Of a DNA stretch of 64,000 bases, positions 30,403-40,821 are shown piece by piece. This DNA comes from Candidatus Bathyarchaeia archaeon. Lineage in GTDB: Archaea; Thermoproteota; Bathyarchaeia; Bathyarchaeales; Bathycorpusculaceae. The DNA lies in assembly GCA_049512935.1 (NCBI GenBank), contig JBEKWR010000001.1, positions 157,791 to 221,790 of the forward strand. Direction: 5' to 3'. How positions within the stretch are numbered: the first letter of the stretch is position 1; each line of letters starts with the position of its first letter. Position numbers and translations under genes: made by a program. The notes beneath the pieces were generated by a model. That model ran no database searches, was not told where the DNA came from, and saw only the letters and a program-made list of their open reading frames with translations.

Positions 30403-30589
30403 TGAATAAATTGAGGACACCCCTTCTTCGCAATAAGTGAGTTGGACTTGGTTTACCTCAGAAATGGGTGAGTCCCCTTGCTTAAAACTTGAAGATTTCG
30501 CTGATGCAAAGATTCGTCTATAAAAAAAAATGAAAAAGAGGAAATTTTGTGGCTTTGTCTTTCGTTTTTTTATGAAATTCGTTCATCAT

Positions 30590-31387
30590 TTATCGGTTTC
30601 TTTCGCTTCGTACGAAGAGAAATGTTCCAATCACGAAAGACGCTATTGAAATTGCAGCGACTATCAATAGATCAAGCAATGGGTTGTACATGATTATCTG
30701 GCCGTAGAATGGCGTGCCTTGATAGACTAATCCTCTAAGTAAATCTATTAGGTAAGTCATGGGCATGGCATGTGCCAAAGCGCCTAAGACTCCGCTTGAA
30801 TTTTTTACAGGTATTAATGCGCCTGAGAGAAACATTTGAGCAAACACAAACATGATTACTCCTTTATCAGCTGTTTTTGGGCTGCTGCTGAATATGCTGG
30901 CTACCAATACGCCAAGTGTTCCACCTGATATGCAGATAATTGGCGCCAATAAGAGGATCCAACCAATAGCGGGTAACCCAACAGGTATTCCCATAACTAA
31001 CGCTACCAAAACAAAAGCAAACAATTGCAGTATGCTAGTGATGCTGCCGCCTATGATTTTACCCAGAATGATTGAATATCGAGATATTGGAGCAACAAAG
31101 ATTTCCTGCGTGAAATCATTTTCACGGTCCTCAACGAGAGATGTGACACTCATCATAGTATTCATAGCAATTGTTGCAGCGACCATTCCTAAAAATGCAA
31201 ACTGAAGATAATTGTAACCTAGACCAGCACCTAAGTTTTGCGCAATGCTGCCGCCTAAAATGCCTAAAAACAGGACGGGAAACATAAAGCTAAAAGCAAG
31301 CGAAGTTTTCCAATCTTTAAAGAACCGCAGCACCTCTCGGGCAGCGATAACTATCGTTGCGTTGAGTTCTTTTTGGAGTGGTAGCAT
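30590..31387 (-). CDS. ABC-2 type transporter permease (DrrB-like)
   Basis: DRE....EIFVAPISR..IILGK, FLSG, PMTY motifs; 6 TM. Confidence 0.92.
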   Translation of the reverse strand: MLPLQKELNATIVIAAREVLRFFKDWKTSLAFSFMFPVLFLGILGGSIAQNLGAGLGYNYLQFAFLGMVAATIAMNTMMSVTSLVEDRENDFTQEIFVAPISRYSIILGKIIGGSITSILQLFAFVLVALVMGIPVGLPAIGWILLLAPIICISGGTLGVLVASIFSSSPKTADKGVIMFVFAQMFLSGALIPVKNSSGVLGALAHAMPMTYLIDLLRGLVYQGTPFYGQIIMYNPLLDLLIVAAISIASFVIGTFLFVRSERNR

Positions 31388-32337
31388 TAAATTGCGGTCT
31401 CCTCAGTGTTGTTTTCAATTAAATTCATGTAGGCTTCTTCAAGCGTAGGCATGTGAAGCTCCATCAAAGACAGGGGCGTTTTAATTTGACTTAGAATTTG
31501 CTGCGGCGTTTGCTGTTCAAAGCATACTTTGAACTTGCCATCTTCAGTGGTTTCAGGCTTAAAAGGCTCAAGCTGAGAACATAAATCACTGCGGTTATCT
31601 GCATCTAAAAGCAAATATTTTTCCATCAGTCGGTTTTTCATCTCTGCAGGTGTACCCAAAAAAACAATTTGACCACGGTTAACGATGCATACTCGGTCTG
31701 CGTTTTCAGCTTCCTCAATATAATGGGTTGACAGGAATATCGTAGTTTTTTGGGTTTTGCTTACCTTTCGCAAATAACTCCACAGGTCTCTACGGGAAAC
31801 AGCATCTAACCCCTGACTTGGCTCATCTAAAAACAACACCTTGGGCTTGTGCATCAAGCCTCGAATGATTTCCAGCTTACGCCTCATTCCGCCTGAGAAG
31901 GTTTTAAGAGGCTTAAACAAGTCTTCACGTAAGCCCATATAGTCAGCCATCTCCAGGACCTGATTTTGGTATTCCTGAGGCATGAGCCGAAAGAGCGGCT
32001 TGTAAGCGTAGACACCGTAAAGGTTTACGTGTAAACGAATATTTTCTTCAGCGGACAGGTGAAGGTCTAAACTTGGATTCTGGAAAATAATGCCTACATT
32101 CTGGCGGACTTCTTTTGCTTGAGTGTTTATGTCGTAGCCTGCGATTGTTACGTTTCCGCTTGTTTTTGCCAGTGTTGTAGTTAAGATTGATATTGTGGTT
32201 GTTTTTCCTGCTCCGTTGGGTCCGAGAAATGCGAAGAATTCGCCGGGGTGTACATCAAAGCTGATGTTGTTTACGGCTGCTTTCTCGGTTTTGCGGTAGC
32301 GTTTGGTTAATTTTTCTACGTGTATGATTGACTGCAT
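31387..32337 (-). CDS. ABC transporter ATP-binding protein (DrrA-like)
   Basis: GPNGAGKTT, FSGGM, LFLDEP, STH. Confidence 0.95.
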   Translation of the reverse strand: MQSIIHVEKLTKRYRKTEKAAVNNISFDVHPGEFFAFLGPNGAGKTTTISILTTTLAKTSGNVTIAGYDINTQAKEVRQNVGIIFQNPSLDLHLSAEENIRLHVNLYGVYAYKPLFRLMPQEYQNQVLEMADYMGLREDLFKPLKTFSGGMRRKLEIIRGLMHKPKVLFLDEPSQGLDAVSRRDLWSYLRKVSKTQKTTIFLSTHYIEEAENADRVCIVNRGQIVFLGTPAEMKNRLMEKYLLLDADNRSDLCSQLEPFKPETTEDGKFKVCFEQQTPQQILSQIKTPLSLMELHMPTLEEAYMNLIENNTEETAI

Positions 32338-32372
32338 TTTCCAGCCCTCATTTGTTTAATTGTTAAATTACC

Positions 32373-32427
32373 TTAACAACGTTAAATAAATACTTAACGC
32401 TGTTAAATAATCAATTAACGTGGTTAA
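32373..32427. promoter_or_regulatory. Three TetR-type operators TTAAC-N3-GTTAA at 21-bp spacing
   Basis: TTAACAACGTTAA (32373), TTAACGCTGTTAA (32394), TTAACGTGGTTAA (32415). Confidence 0.75.
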
Positions 32428-32459
32428 GCATATAAACTGCCAACCCCCAATCAATAGCA

Positions 32460-33137
32460 ATGAAAACAAGAAAAACTAAGACGCCACACATACAACCTGA
32501 CGCCGTCATAAAAGCAGCATTAGAAATACTAGACGCAGAAGGCCTAGAAAACGTAACCCTAAGACGCATAGCAGCAAAACTCAACGTACAAGCACCAGCC
32601 CTATACTGGCATTTCAAAGACAAACAAGACATCACAGACGACATGGCACAAGCCATCCTTACAAATCCAAAACTCGAAAGCTTCACCGAACCAGCAAACA
32701 TAAACCAATGGCCTCAGTGGTTAACTGACTTAATGCATTGTTTACGTAATTCACTAATTTCTCACAAAGATGGTGGACGTGTTGTTGCAGGAGCATCATT
32801 TGGTCGTGCTCACGCTTTAGAAAAAATCTTAATAAAAATTACTCGAGTTCTGCAAAAAGCTGGATTCGACAGGCTTCATGCAAGCTTAGCTGCTGCAACA
32901 ACGATTGATTATGTTTGGGGCTTTGTAATTGAAGAGCAGGCAGGCACTGAACCGGAAAAACTCATATCAGCTCCATCAAATCCTCAAGAAATTCAATCCA
33001 TCAGGAATACTTCAGAGGATGATGCATTTTTAAGCGCTGTAATGGAAGAATACCGCAAACTCACCCCTACAGAAATTTTTGACTGGGGCTTGCAGGTAAT
33101 AATAAACGGCTTAAAGTTAGCCTTAGAGAGAAAATAG
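32460..33137 (+). CDS. TetR family regulator with TetR_C domain
   Basis: VTLRRIAAKLNVQAPALYWHFKDK; YVWGFVIEE. Confidence 0.93.
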   Translation: MKTRKTKTPHIQPDAVIKAALEILDAEGLENVTLRRIAAKLNVQAPALYWHFKDKQDITDDMAQAILTNPKLESFTEPANINQWPQWLTDLMHCLRNSLISHKDGGRVVAGASFGRAHALEKILIKITRVLQKAGFDRLHASLAAATTIDYVWGFVIEEQAGTEPEKLISAPSNPQEIQSIRNTSEDDAFLSAVMEEYRKLTPTEIFDWGLQVIINGLKLALERK

Positions 33138-33274
33138 CACCATTTTGTCTCTTGGCCATTTATTCTTGTGTTTTAGGCAACCCAACCAAACGTGAATAAA
33201 ACAAATGGTTCTGTAAACTCTTTAGACACGGTCACCAGTTCCGCTCCGATGTTTTTTCAAATTTCTTTTCAAAA

Positions 33275-33302
33275 GGATTCATTTAATATATTAAGAGAAT
33301 CC
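33275..33302. repeat. 28-bp pseudo-palindromic att-like site, copy 2
   Basis: GGATTCATTTA-ATATAT-TAAGAGAATCC, 25/28 identical to copy 1, 2 bp from the tRNA CCA. Confidence 0.75.
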
Positions 33303-33304
33303 GA

Positions 33305-33383
33305 TGGCGGGCCCGCTGGGATTTGAACCCAGGATTCTCGGCTCCGGAGGCCGATGCCTTAATCCGTGCTAGACTACGAGCCC
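33305..33383 (-). tRNA. tRNA-Arg (CCG)
   Basis: GGGCTCG acceptor stem, TCGGC-CTCCGGA-GCCGA anticodon arm, GTTCAAATCC T-loop, encoded CCA. Confidence 0.95.
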
Positions 33384-33427
33384 ACATTACAAGCAAACAT
33401 AAACCCAGTTAATTTAAATCTAGCCGT

Positions 33428-33928
33428 TTACTCTTGAATTAATTCCTCGTCTATCCACCAAGCCTTCTTCTTGCCTGACCGCTCTCCCGCGTAATACTCG
33501 ATGACTGATTTTCCAGCCTGTTTCCTGCTGGTCCTCTGGATGCGCCTCAGCCTGTTGAGCACGAGCCACCTGTTTGTTTTAAGGTACTCGGCAAGTTCAG
33601 GCGTTGTAGCGCTCTTGTAGTGCATCAGGTACTCCATGATTTTGTGGTCAACTTCGTCGATGCAGAAGCTGTGCGGGTTGGTTTTTCCATGCTGAAACGT
33701 CAGAAGCTCCAGGTCGGCAAGGTACTTCCTTATCTGCCCGAACTCAACCTCGATCTTGCCCATCCGCTCCTCCAAAGCCAAAACCTTGTCCGCCTTGGGT
33801 GTTTTCTCCAGTTTTTCGCTTATGGCCTCCCTGACAAAGCTGCTTCTGTCTCCTTCGGGAACACGCAGAGCCATCTCCCGGTAGACTTCTTCAGGAATCT
33901 TCACCGAAATTACCCTCATTTCACTCAA
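33428..33928 (-). CDS. RHH plus winged-helix DNA-binding protein
   Basis: VISVKIPE...RSSFVREAI RHH; ATTPELAEYL wHTH. Confidence 0.8.
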   Translation of the reverse strand: MSEMRVISVKIPEEVYREMALRVPEGDRSSFVREAISEKLEKTPKADKVLALEERMGKIEVEFGQIRKYLADLELLTFQHGKTNPHSFCIDEVDHKIMEYLMHYKSATTPELAEYLKTNRWLVLNRLRRIQRTSRKQAGKSVIEYYAGERSGKKKAWWIDEELIQE

Positions 33929-34039
33929 CGCAGCGCTCGCCTCACAAACGACATATTTAACACTACAATATTATGTTTTTTCCATCCTGTCGCCCTAAAC
34001 TTGAAAAAAATTTAAATGCGATGCCAGAAAAGCTAAGGT

Positions 34040-34603
34040 TTACTCGGGAGAGACAGGTTGACCAGCCAGCGCAGCTAATGCTATGTAGCGCTGCTCCACA
34101 ATTTCATGCAGTTGCCTGCGAAGATCCTCGCCAGCTAAGTTTTTCTCCTTCAAAACTGCGACTTCTTTCGCCAGCTCCATGTCGCCGAGCCCGTTGAACC
34201 ATGCTACGAAGTCGCCGCGGCCCATGTGAAACTGGATTGACTGCACGTCGGCTTTTTCAATCTTGTTCGCGAAGTCACGCAGGTTGTGAGCGTGAAGGTT
34301 AAGCGGTTTCCCAACGTCAACGAAGAAGTGGAACGCCTTGTCATGCGGCGCGTAAGCCAAAATCGCCGCGGCTTTTTCCTTGCTGATTCCAGGTACACCG
34401 AGAGCCTCGCGTCCCTTTTGAGTTATAACGTACAGCCCCTTTTCAGGCGAGCTCACGTATCCCATGCGCACCAGCCCCAGAATGTGCATCATCACCGGCG
34501 GGAACTCTTTGCCGTTTTCCTTCGCCACCTCGATGGCTTTCATCGGCTTGTTGTTGCGCAACATGGTTTCCAGTATTTCTTTTTTGAGAGGGGATAAACT
34601 CAT
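34040..34603 (-). CDS. wHTH plus DUF5752-like protein
   Basis: AFHF...A.NL.DF...SIQFHM.RGDF..W. Confidence 0.78.
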   Translation of the reverse strand: MSLSPLKKEILETMLRNNKPMKAIEVAKENGKEFPPVMMHILGLVRMGYVSSPEKGLYVITQKGREALGVPGISKEKAAAILAYAPHDKAFHFFVDVGKPLNLHAHNLRDFANKIEKADVQSIQFHMGRGDFVAWFNGLGDMELAKEVAVLKEKNLAGEDLRRQLHEIVEQRYIALAALAGQPVSPE

Positions 34604-34773
34604 TTTAAGGCACCTTGACTAGGTACTGCAATGCACAACCTTCTAATCAAACTTTGCCCCAGCAACCGCTTAGACGCACGGTTGTTGATGGCTTGCGTCT
34701 GTGTTCAGTGCAGATTAAGCAAAGCTTTAGTACCCAGAATCCCTTCCTAATGGTGAAACGGTGAAAATTCAGG

Positions 34774-36024
34774 ATGAAACTTGCAGTCTTCGTTTATGAG
34801 TACCCTCCGAAAATTGTGGGCGGTTTAGGAACCTACGCGGCTGAGATAACAAGGAAGTTTGTTTTAGACGACCACGACGTGACGGTGTTCACGATGAACG
34901 ATGACGCTGGTTCCCTGCCGACCCGGGAGATTTGGCGCGGCATCGAAATTCATCGTCCACTCCACATAGACATTTCGGATTCGCTGCCTGACGTGATTGC
35001 TGAAGACGTCAAGAAATGGGGCCAAGGACTGCATTTCTTCGGCAAACTCATGGTGTACAATTATCTGTCGGCGGCTAAACTCATCAACGAACTGATCAAG
35101 AAAGAAAACATGAAATACGACATAGTTGTGTCTCACGATTGGCTTTCAGCCATGGCCGGAATCACGGTTAAAAGAGAAACAGGTTTGCCGTTGGCGTTCC
35201 ATGTGCACTCCACCGAGAAAGGCCGCACGTTGGGCAACGGCAGCAGCGTTGTAAGCAACATTGAGTTGCGGGCAGGAAAAACCGCCGATATGGTCGTAAC
35301 GGTTTCGTACGCTATGAAGGACGAGCTTATCCAGCTTGGTTTTCCACGGGAAAAAATCCAGGTAAGCTATAACGGTGTAGACCCGCAAAAATACAATCCG
35401 GCAAACATTTCCCCAGCCGACATCAAACGGGTCAGAGCCAAATACGGAATTACGGATGACCAGCAGATGATTCTTTTCGTCGGCAGGCTCGTCGCCGTCA
35501 AAGGCGTCGACAAACTCATAATGGCTATGCCCCACATCTTGACCAAGATTCCGAACGCGCGGCTGGTGATTGTAGGCGTAGGCGACCTTCAAGAGTACAT
35601 AATGAACCTGACAAGAACTATGAGGCTTGACCAATACGTCAAGTTGTGTTTCGACTTTATCCCGGAGGAAGAGCGAATCATCCACTACGCGGCATGCGAC
35701 ATCGCCGTCTTCCCAAGCTTCTACGAACCCTTCGGCATCGTCGCGCTTGAAGCCATGAGCATGGAGAAGGCGGTTGTCGTCGGCGCCGCAGGCGTCAGCG
35801 GAATGCGCGAAATCGTAATCTGCTGCGGGGAAGAACAATGCGGATTCCACGTGGACCCAAACATTCCCTCCGACATCGCGTGGGGAGTGATCAGCGCGTT
35901 GGAGAATCCGGAGAGGCTGAAGATGCTGGGCAAAAACGGCAGGAAACGCGTTTTAGCCGAGTTCACCTGGAGCAAGATCGCCGAGAAAACCATCGACCTC
36001 TACGAAACCATCTTGAAACGCTGA
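34774..36024 (+). CDS. GT4 glycosyltransferase (glycogen synthase-like)
   Basis: EYPP..VGGLG, HDW, VGRL...KG, EPFGIVALEA. Confidence 0.93.
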   Translation: MKLAVFVYEYPPKIVGGLGTYAAEITRKFVLDDHDVTVFTMNDDAGSLPTREIWRGIEIHRPLHIDISDSLPDVIAEDVKKWGQGLHFFGKLMVYNYLSAAKLINELIKKENMKYDIVVSHDWLSAMAGITVKRETGLPLAFHVHSTEKGRTLGNGSSVVSNIELRAGKTADMVVTVSYAMKDELIQLGFPREKIQVSYNGVDPQKYNPANISPADIKRVRAKYGITDDQQMILFVGRLVAVKGVDKLIMAMPHILTKIPNARLVIVGVGDLQEYIMNLTRTMRLDQYVKLCFDFIPEEERIIHYAACDIAVFPSFYEPFGIVALEAMSMEKAVVVGAAGVSGMREIVICCGEEQCGFHVDPNIPSDIAWGVISALENPERLKMLGKNGRKRVLAEFTWSKIAEKTIDLYETILKR

Positions 36025-36045
36025 CCTTGGCGCTTGGCGAGTTAA

Positions 36046-36654
36046 TTGACCAGTGACTTAAAGTCTAAAGTGGCTAGGGAAGCCGCAACCCTACTCTATT
36101 TTGGAGCTGAAAAAGAGTACAAGCAAGCCAAAACCCGCGCCGCCCAAACGTTGGGCACCCATTTTTTGCCCTCGAACTTGGAAGTTGCCCTTGAACTGGA
36201 CAAGATTGCCGAGGAAAACGAGGGTGAAAACCGAAAGGAACGCCTAGTCCAAATGCGCACCGAAGCCTTGCAGGTTATGAAGCTTCTTGACGCTTACTGC
36301 CCCCTCTTAATCGGCAGTGTGTGGCGAGGCAACATCCGACGGGGAAGCGACATAGACATCGCCGCATACGCGGATGACCCTCAAGAAATCGTGGACATCC
36401 TCAAGGCTCACGGGGTAAAAGTTTTGAAAACGGCTTGGACCACCGTTAACAAGCACGGGCGCACCCTAGCGTCGCTTCACGTGCACGCCGAAACCTCCGC
36501 AGGGAACGGGCTTGAAATCGTCGTCCGAAGCTCCGAGGAACAGGGTGAAAAAAGGAAATGCGAAATTTTCGGCGACCAAATCAAGGGTTTAACAACCAAA
36601 AACCTTGACAAGCTACTCAGAGAAAACCCGACTCAAAAATTTATCCCCGCTTGA
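36046..36654 (+). CDS. Nucleotidyltransferase-domain protein
   Basis: GSVWRG...SDIDI Pol-beta NTase motif. Confidence 0.85.
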   Translation: MTSDLKSKVAREAATLLYFGAEKEYKQAKTRAAQTLGTHFLPSNLEVALELDKIAEENEGENRKERLVQMRTEALQVMKLLDAYCPLLIGSVWRGNIRRGSDIDIAAYADDPQEIVDILKAHGVKVLKTAWTTVNKHGRTLASLHVHAETSAGNGLEIVVRSSEEQGEKRKCEIFGDQIKGLTTKNLDKLLRENPTQKFIPA

Positions 36655-36740
36655 ATGCTGGGTAAATTCTGATTTTGCCTCAAAAAAGAACTTAAAGAAC
36701 CAAATTGCATAGTATATTTCAAATTTCAAATTGATGCCAA

Positions 36741-37136
36741 ATGGCCATAGATAAAGAATACCTGAAGAAGATGTTTCCCAACCTCTACAAGGAGCTTGAA
36801 ACGGGAGACGCCAAAATCTCGATCGATGCTCTTCGCAAGAACCCCGAGGAAGCTGAAGCTGACATGGCTGAATGCGCCGAGGAAGAAATTGAATCCGAAA
36901 CCGCCACGGCTACGCCAGACAAGCTGCGCCACTTTTACCCTTCCGCTGAGGATTTTATCCGCCGATGCGACACGGAAGCGCAGGCGGAGGAAATAATCGT
37001 TTACTTGGAGAAGAGGGGGGAAATAACTAAGAAACGCGCTCGGGAATTGCGGCGCAAGCTTAAAACGGAAGGCGTACGAAGCTTTGGTCCAAAAAAAGAG
37101 GAGAACCACTACTTCAGGGAAGGCGGCATTCTCTAA
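36741..37136 (+). CDS. DUF2095-like protein
   Basis: FPNL..EL, DFIRRC.T..QAEEII.YLE.RGEI, GVRSFG.KK. Confidence 0.8.
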   Translation: MAIDKEYLKKMFPNLYKELETGDAKISIDALRKNPEEAEADMAECAEEEIESETATATPDKLRHFYPSAEDFIRRCDTEAQAEEIIVYLEKRGEITKKRARELRRKLKTEGVRSFGPKKEENHYFREGGIL

Positions 37137-37343
37137 TTTTTGGTTTTCTTTTTAAACGCTAAGAAAAGGTAACAGTTTTGAAGCGTGCATTCGCAGAGCG
37201 CTCCTTATTTGTCAATTCATGCAATTAGGTATGCATTTGTTTTCAGGTGTTAAGCTTGTTGCCCCTTAACTGTTTGTTTGATTTTATGTCGGAAAACTAA
37301 TAAGGGTCAAGTTTGTTTACAGAAACGGAAAAATGGTGATATT

Positions 37344-38363
37344 ATGGCAATAAAAGTAGGAATTAACGGATTCGGAAGAATCGGAAGGCTTCTTTACCGC
37401 GCAGCACTCGAACGCAACGCAAATATCGATTTCGTAGCGATCAACGACTTGGCAGATGCCAAAACAAACGCGCACCTTCTCAAATATGACTCAATTCACG
37501 GACACTTCCCCGGCACGGTCGAAGTCGTCGGCAACGACATGGTTGTTAACGGAAAAACCCTCAAATGCCTCAGCGTAAAAGATCCAGTAGCGCTGCCATG
37601 GAAAGACCTTGGAGTCTACTTAGCAGTGGAATCTACCGGCTTGTTTACCAACCGTGAAGGCGCAAGCAAACATTTTCAAGCAGGAGCAAAAAAGGTTCTG
37701 ATTAGTGCGCCAGCAGAAAACCCAGATGCAACCTTCGTGTTAGGCGTCAACGATAAGACTTACGACCCGGAAAAACACAACATCTTAAGCAACGCTTCAT
37801 GCACAACAAACTGTCTCGCACCGATCAGCAAGGTTTTAGTCGACAACTTCGGCATAGAAAAAGGCTTGATGACGACATGCCACAGCTACACAAACGACCA
37901 GAAAGTCCAAGACCTCGTCCACAAAGACCCCAGAAGGGCAAGAGCCGCAGCAATCAACATCATCCCCACGAGCACGGGTGCAGCCAAGGCTATCGGGCTG
38001 GTTTTGCCGAGTTGCGCTGGAAAAATGAACGGCTATTCCCTGCGAGTGCCCACAGCGGACGTTTCCATCGTTGACTTAACAGCTATACTTAGCAAAGAAG
38101 TCACAAAAGCCGAAATCAATGCAGCCATGAAGAAAGCAGCAGACGGCGAACTTAAAGGCATCTTACAGTACACGGAAGACCCAATCGTCAGCACCGACGT
38201 CCTTCACAGCACGTACTCAGCAGTCTTCGATTCAGACTTAACCATGGTGCTAGGTGAAAAGAGCAACTTCGTTAAAGTCTTCGCATGGTACGATAACGAA
38301 TGGGGCTTTAGCAACCGCATGGTTGAATTCATCGAAATGATCGGCAAAAAAGCAAAACTGTAA
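37344..38363 (+). CDS. gap: Glyceraldehyde-3-phosphate dehydrogenase, class I
   Basis: [32 protein letters not shown] 37344 after GGTGA. Confidence 0.97.
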   Translation: MAIKVGINGFGRIGRLLYRAALERNANIDFVAINDLADAKTNAHLLKYDSIHGHFPGTVEVVGNDMVVNGKTLKCLSVKDPVALPWKDLGVYLAVESTGLFTNREGASKHFQAGAKKVLISAPAENPDATFVLGVNDKTYDPEKHNILSNASCTTNCLAPISKVLVDNFGIEKGLMTTCHSYTNDQKVQDLVHKDPRRARAAAINIIPTSTGAAKAIGLVLPSCAGKMNGYSLRVPTADVSIVDLTAILSKEVTKAEINAAMKKAADGELKGILQYTEDPIVSTDVLHSTYSAVFDSDLTMVLGEKSNFVKVFAWYDNEWGFSNRMVEFIEMIGKKAKL

Positions 38364-38447
38364 GCACAAAAGCAAACCAAAATCCTTCCCACCCCTTTCT
38401 TTTGGGGCTTAAAAAACACGTAAAGTTAATTTAAAGAAGTTGATAAA

Positions 38448-39680
38448 ATGGCAAAATACAAAACACTCGATGACTTTGACGTAAAGAACAAGGTTGTTCT
38501 TGTCAGAGTAGACTTTAACTCAGAAATAGATCCCGTAACCAAGAAAGTCACAAGCGACGTGCGCATAAGAGCGCATGCAGAATCAACGCTTAAGGAGCTT
38601 GCGGAGAAGGGAGCCAAAGTCGTTGTTTTAGCGCATCAGGGACGCAAAGGCGACCCAGACTATACATCGCTCAAAGAACACGCAGCAATCTTGGGTAAAA
38701 TTCTCAAGTGCCCAGTGAAATATGTCGACGACCTATTCGGAGAAAAAGCAAAAACCGCCATCAAGAACCTGCAGGCCGGAGAAATCCTCGTTTTAGAAAA
38801 CGTCCGCAGTTGGGATAAAGAAACCAAAAGCATGACCCTTGAAGAAGCAAGCAAAACCGAGCTGGTGCAGAACCTTGCGCCGCTCGCAGACTTGTTCGTT
38901 AACGATGCTTTTTCTGCTGCACACCGTGCGCACGTGTCAATAGTTGGCTTCACCGCCGTGTTGCCTTCGGCAGCTGGCAGAATCATGGAGCGCGAACTCA
39001 AGTCGCTCAGCAGGTCGCTTGAGAAACCCGAGCACCCCTGCGTCTACGTCATGGGCGGAGCCAAAGCAGACGACGCACTTGAAATCTCAAAGTACGTCTT
39101 AGACAACGGCATAGCAGACTACGTTCTCGTCGGCGGCGTCACCTCACAGCTTTTCTTGGCGGCAAAAGGTGTCGATTTAGGCAAGGGAAACATGGCTTTT
39201 CTCGCCAAGAAGGAACTAACCCAGTTTATGCCAGGAATCAAAGTGCTCCTCGCCAAGTACCCAGCCAAAGTCATCTTGCCCGAAGATGTCGCGTTGGATG
39301 TGGGTGGCAAACGCAAAGAAATCCCCGTCAGCAAACTGCCAACTGAACAGAGCATATTTGACATTGGAAAGAAAACTGTTGACAAATTCGCAGTCCTCAT
39401 CGCCTCAGCCAAATCCATCGTTGTCTCTGGGCCAATGGGCGTTTACGAGAACAAAGAATTCAACTACGGCACCAAGAAAGTGTTCGAAGCCATCGCAGAC
39501 AGCAAAGCCTTCAGCCTCGCAGGCGGCGGAAACACCATCGCAGCCATAGCTGAATACGGCTTAACCAAAAAAATCAGCTACATAAGCACCGCAGGCGGAG
39601 CACTCATCGAATTCCTCATGGGCAAAAAACTCCCAGGCGTAACCGCACTAGAAACCGCAACAAAAACCAAAAAAATCTAA
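38448..39680 (+). CDS. pgk: Phosphoglycerate kinase
   Basis: RVDFN, HQGR, LENVR, NDAF..AHR, GGAK, STAGGA. Confidence 0.97.
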   Translation: MAKYKTLDDFDVKNKVVLVRVDFNSEIDPVTKKVTSDVRIRAHAESTLKELAEKGAKVVVLAHQGRKGDPDYTSLKEHAAILGKILKCPVKYVDDLFGEKAKTAIKNLQAGEILVLENVRSWDKETKSMTLEEASKTELVQNLAPLADLFVNDAFSAAHRAHVSIVGFTAVLPSAAGRIMERELKSLSRSLEKPEHPCVYVMGGAKADDALEISKYVLDNGIADYVLVGGVTSQLFLAAKGVDLGKGNMAFLAKKELTQFMPGIKVLLAKYPAKVILPEDVALDVGGKRKEIPVSKLPTEQSIFDIGKKTVDKFAVLIASAKSIVVSGPMGVYENKEFNYGTKKVFEAIADSKAFSLAGGGNTIAAIAEYGLTKKISYISTAGGALIEFLMGKKLPGVTALETATKTKKI

Positions 39681-39752
39681 ATCCTTCCCTTTTTCATTTT
39701 ATAGAGTTTTGAAATAACAAATTAAACACTCTTAGTAACAAAATGTTACTTT

Positions 39753-39944
39753 TTGTCGCTTTCTGTTATTTCTACTATTAACTGGGACTTGAACGTTTTC
39801 TTTGACCGCATGGGTAATGCTAAAAGAATCAAAGTTGGAAATTGGCAAACCATTGATACGTTGATTAGTGGAGAGGCTCTTTTGTTTGCAAAGTATTTGA
39901 GAGATGAAAGGCGAGATTGGTCTCCCAGAATTCCGAGCCTTTAG
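39753..39944 (+). pseudogene. Probable C-terminal fragment of a Cas1-like (solo/casposase-type) gene
   Basis: RIKVG..QTIDTLI..EALLFAKYLR.E...W.PRI resembles, from memory, the C-terminus of archaeal stand-alone Cas1; the rest of the gene is absent. Confidence 0.4.
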
Positions 39945-40139
39945 CGTATTCTGGAAACTTAAAAGTATCAAGATTTTGGGTATTGAAATTTATTCTCATC
40001 TGGTAATTTTAAGCTCAACACCTTTCTTTAGTATGACAGCTAACTTGAAGTTTTTTCTGGCTTTTGAATTTGCTTTTTTTAACTCTCTTAGAAAATTTAT
40101 CTTAAGAGAATGCTTTGTTCTGAAAAAGGTTTGAGGGTA

Positions 40140-40748
40140 TTAGATAAGACTCCATAATACTTGCAAAATATCGGTAGAAAGATTCATCAACTCGCTTTGA
40201 ACCTTAAGAAGAGGGATTTTTTGCCAATTCTTGGTTTCCTCGTTATAAATCGTTATTAAACCCTTGTTGTTGATTAAAAGCTTGTAGTGAGCTACGTTAT
40301 TTCGCATATTCCTAAACTTCTCCATTCTATTATTTTTCTTATCAAACTCGTTGAATCCATTTTTAACCAAATACTTACATTTCTCAGAAATTAGAATAGA
40401 TTCTAACTCTTCAAACGATGTAACTCTAATGCGGACATTTCTCTGGTTTTCTTTTCGATAAAAAAGGTCGTGTCCATTTAACACTAAAATAAAACACAAG
40501 GCATTTATGCAAAAACCAAACCTTGCTTCATATTCCCATAGATACATAGCCATAGTTATAATTGCGCCTGAAAACTTATTATATGGCTTATAAGCTGAAA
40601 TAAATGTACTAACATTAATCTTCTCCAATTTGGCGTAATAATTGTCTCGTAAGGTTTCATTTATTTCTGTATTACGTCCATTTGAATTTAGAAGGGACGT
40701 TTCCTTCTTGAGTTTATAGGTAAACTGTTCTTTCCAATTTTCTTCCAT
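40140..40748 (-). CDS. Hypothetical protein with HEPN-like Rx4H motif
   Basis: RNMRNNVAH; upstream E in helix (WEYEAR); very AT-rich. Confidence 0.6.
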   Translation of the reverse strand: MEENWKEQFTYKLKKETSLLNSNGRNTEINETLRDNYYAKLEKINVSTFISAYKPYNKFSGAIITMAMYLWEYEARFGFCINALCFILVLNGHDLFYRKENQRNVRIRVTSFEELESILISEKCKYLVKNGFNEFDKKNNRMEKFRNMRNNVAHYKLLINNKGLITIYNEETKNWQKIPLLKVQSELMNLSTDILQVLWSLI

Positions 40749-40821
40749 GTTAGTCTATCTCTACGCTATGGTGATTTAAGACTTATCTTTATGAAAAATC
40801 AAGCTCGACACAAGTCGCTAC

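Larger units (their letters stand above)
30361..33323. mobile_element. Small integrative islet at tRNA-Arg (ABC exporter + TetR), no integrase
   Basis: TGGCGAGTCCGCTGGGATT (30361-30379) matches the tRNA 3' end at 33305-33323 in 17/19 positions; 28-bp direct repeats at both ends; lower GC. Confidence 0.6.

Noticed and set aside
35146-35850. 234-aa antisense ORF and similar shadow ORFs (e.g. 3868-4326, 46392-46919, 60026-60601)
   Set aside because: Lie opposite to, or out of frame within, well-supported genes
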